Shown piece after piece: positions 63,931 to 64,000 of a stretch of 64,000 nt of DNA. The position numbers and the translations under genes were made by a program. Source of the DNA: Bacilli bacterium. GTDB taxonomy: Bacteria > Bacillota_I > Bacilli_A > RFN20 > CAG-826. How positions within the stretch are numbered: position 1 is the stretch's first letter; every line of letters begins with the position of its first letter. The notes under the pieces were generated by a model. It was not told the origin of the DNA and ran no database searches. It saw only the letters and a program-made list of their open reading frames with translations. The stretch is taken from positions 55,647 to 119,646 of the forward strand of contig JAILIP010000009.1 in assembly GCA_024695235.1 (NCBI GenBank). Reading direction: 5' to 3'.

Positions 63931-64000
63931 ATTTAGCATTTTACTATAAATGCACAATAATAGGCAAATGCAAAATTATGTCTATTGAAATATATTCAAT

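Noticed and set aside
1-64000. Mycoplasma-type genetic code 4 (UGA as Trp)
   Set aside because: prfB (RF2, which decodes UGA) is present with its UGA-dependent frameshift site. TGA terminates prmC (3243-3245) and the KilA-N gene (5212-5214) exactly at the overlap with the next start codon. No long gene needs read-through of TGA.
1-64000. CRISPR arrays, IS elements, transposases, integrases or prophage blocks
   Set aside because: I found no direct-repeat/spacer arrays. No ORF has DDE, serine- or tyrosine-recombinase motifs. The only phage-flavoured genes are the lone KilA-N ORF and the Fic fragment.

Overview
This is a low-GC bacterial chromosome segment that uses the standard code. TGA serves as a stop (for example prmC and the KilA-N gene), and prfB carries the classical CUU-UGA-C +1 frameshift. 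Gene content, several apparently leaderless promoters, and surface proteins anchored by lipoboxes or C-terminal TM helices rather than LPXTG suggest a Bacillota/Mycoplasmatota-type organism (Erysipelotrichia- or Acholeplasma-like); that placement is inference only.

Layout:
- 1-19 kb is housekeeping: dnaX, prfA-prmC-tsaC-rpiB, an orphan KilA-N gene, comFA-comFC, secA-prfB-uvrB, secG, an M29 aminopeptidase, an ECF sigma/anti-sigma pair, a Y-family polymerase with a YolD-like gene, and tRNA-Ala next to a decayed Fic fragment.
- 20-27 kb holds dTDP-rhamnose genes rfbBCDA, two glycosyltransferases and a membrane GGDEF cyclase.
- 27-49 kb is the interesting part, a surface-fibre/adhesin island that looks wired to c-di-GMP.
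- 49-64 kb holds a Wzz-like gene, the priming sugar transferase, a Wzy/O-antigen-ligase-like gene, a VanZ-like gene, fba, a tail-anchored Ig-repeat surface protein, a lipoprotein, rarA, a nucleoside hydrolase, and a PAP2 phosphatase with a TetR regulator.

The 27-49 kb island contains:
- Two near-identical c-di-GMP-I (GEMM-I)-like riboswitches, each heading an operon.
- An archaeal/ER-type SipW-like signal peptidase.
- Five ORFs that share a SipW-cognate-like N-terminal motif, hydrophobic helix then (G/A)T(V/F/Y)AW(F/Y). These are a small Ala/Ser/Thr-rich candidate major subunit, two mid-size paralogues, and two approximately 1,260-1,300 aa adhesins with no C-terminal anchor. A sixth ORF, a third mid-size paralogue at 28701, shares their C-terminal motif but lacks the N-terminal motif.
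- An active EAL phosphodiesterase and a doubly degenerate GGDEF-EAL membrane protein that is a candidate c-di-GMP receptor.
- A divergent MTAN-fold protein.
- A membrane-anchored McrB-like AAA+ NTPase with a partner that appears to lack a nuclease domain and carries a long Lys/Pro-rich tail. This pair is the least expected component.

All family assignments come from motifs read by eye. No database searches were run.
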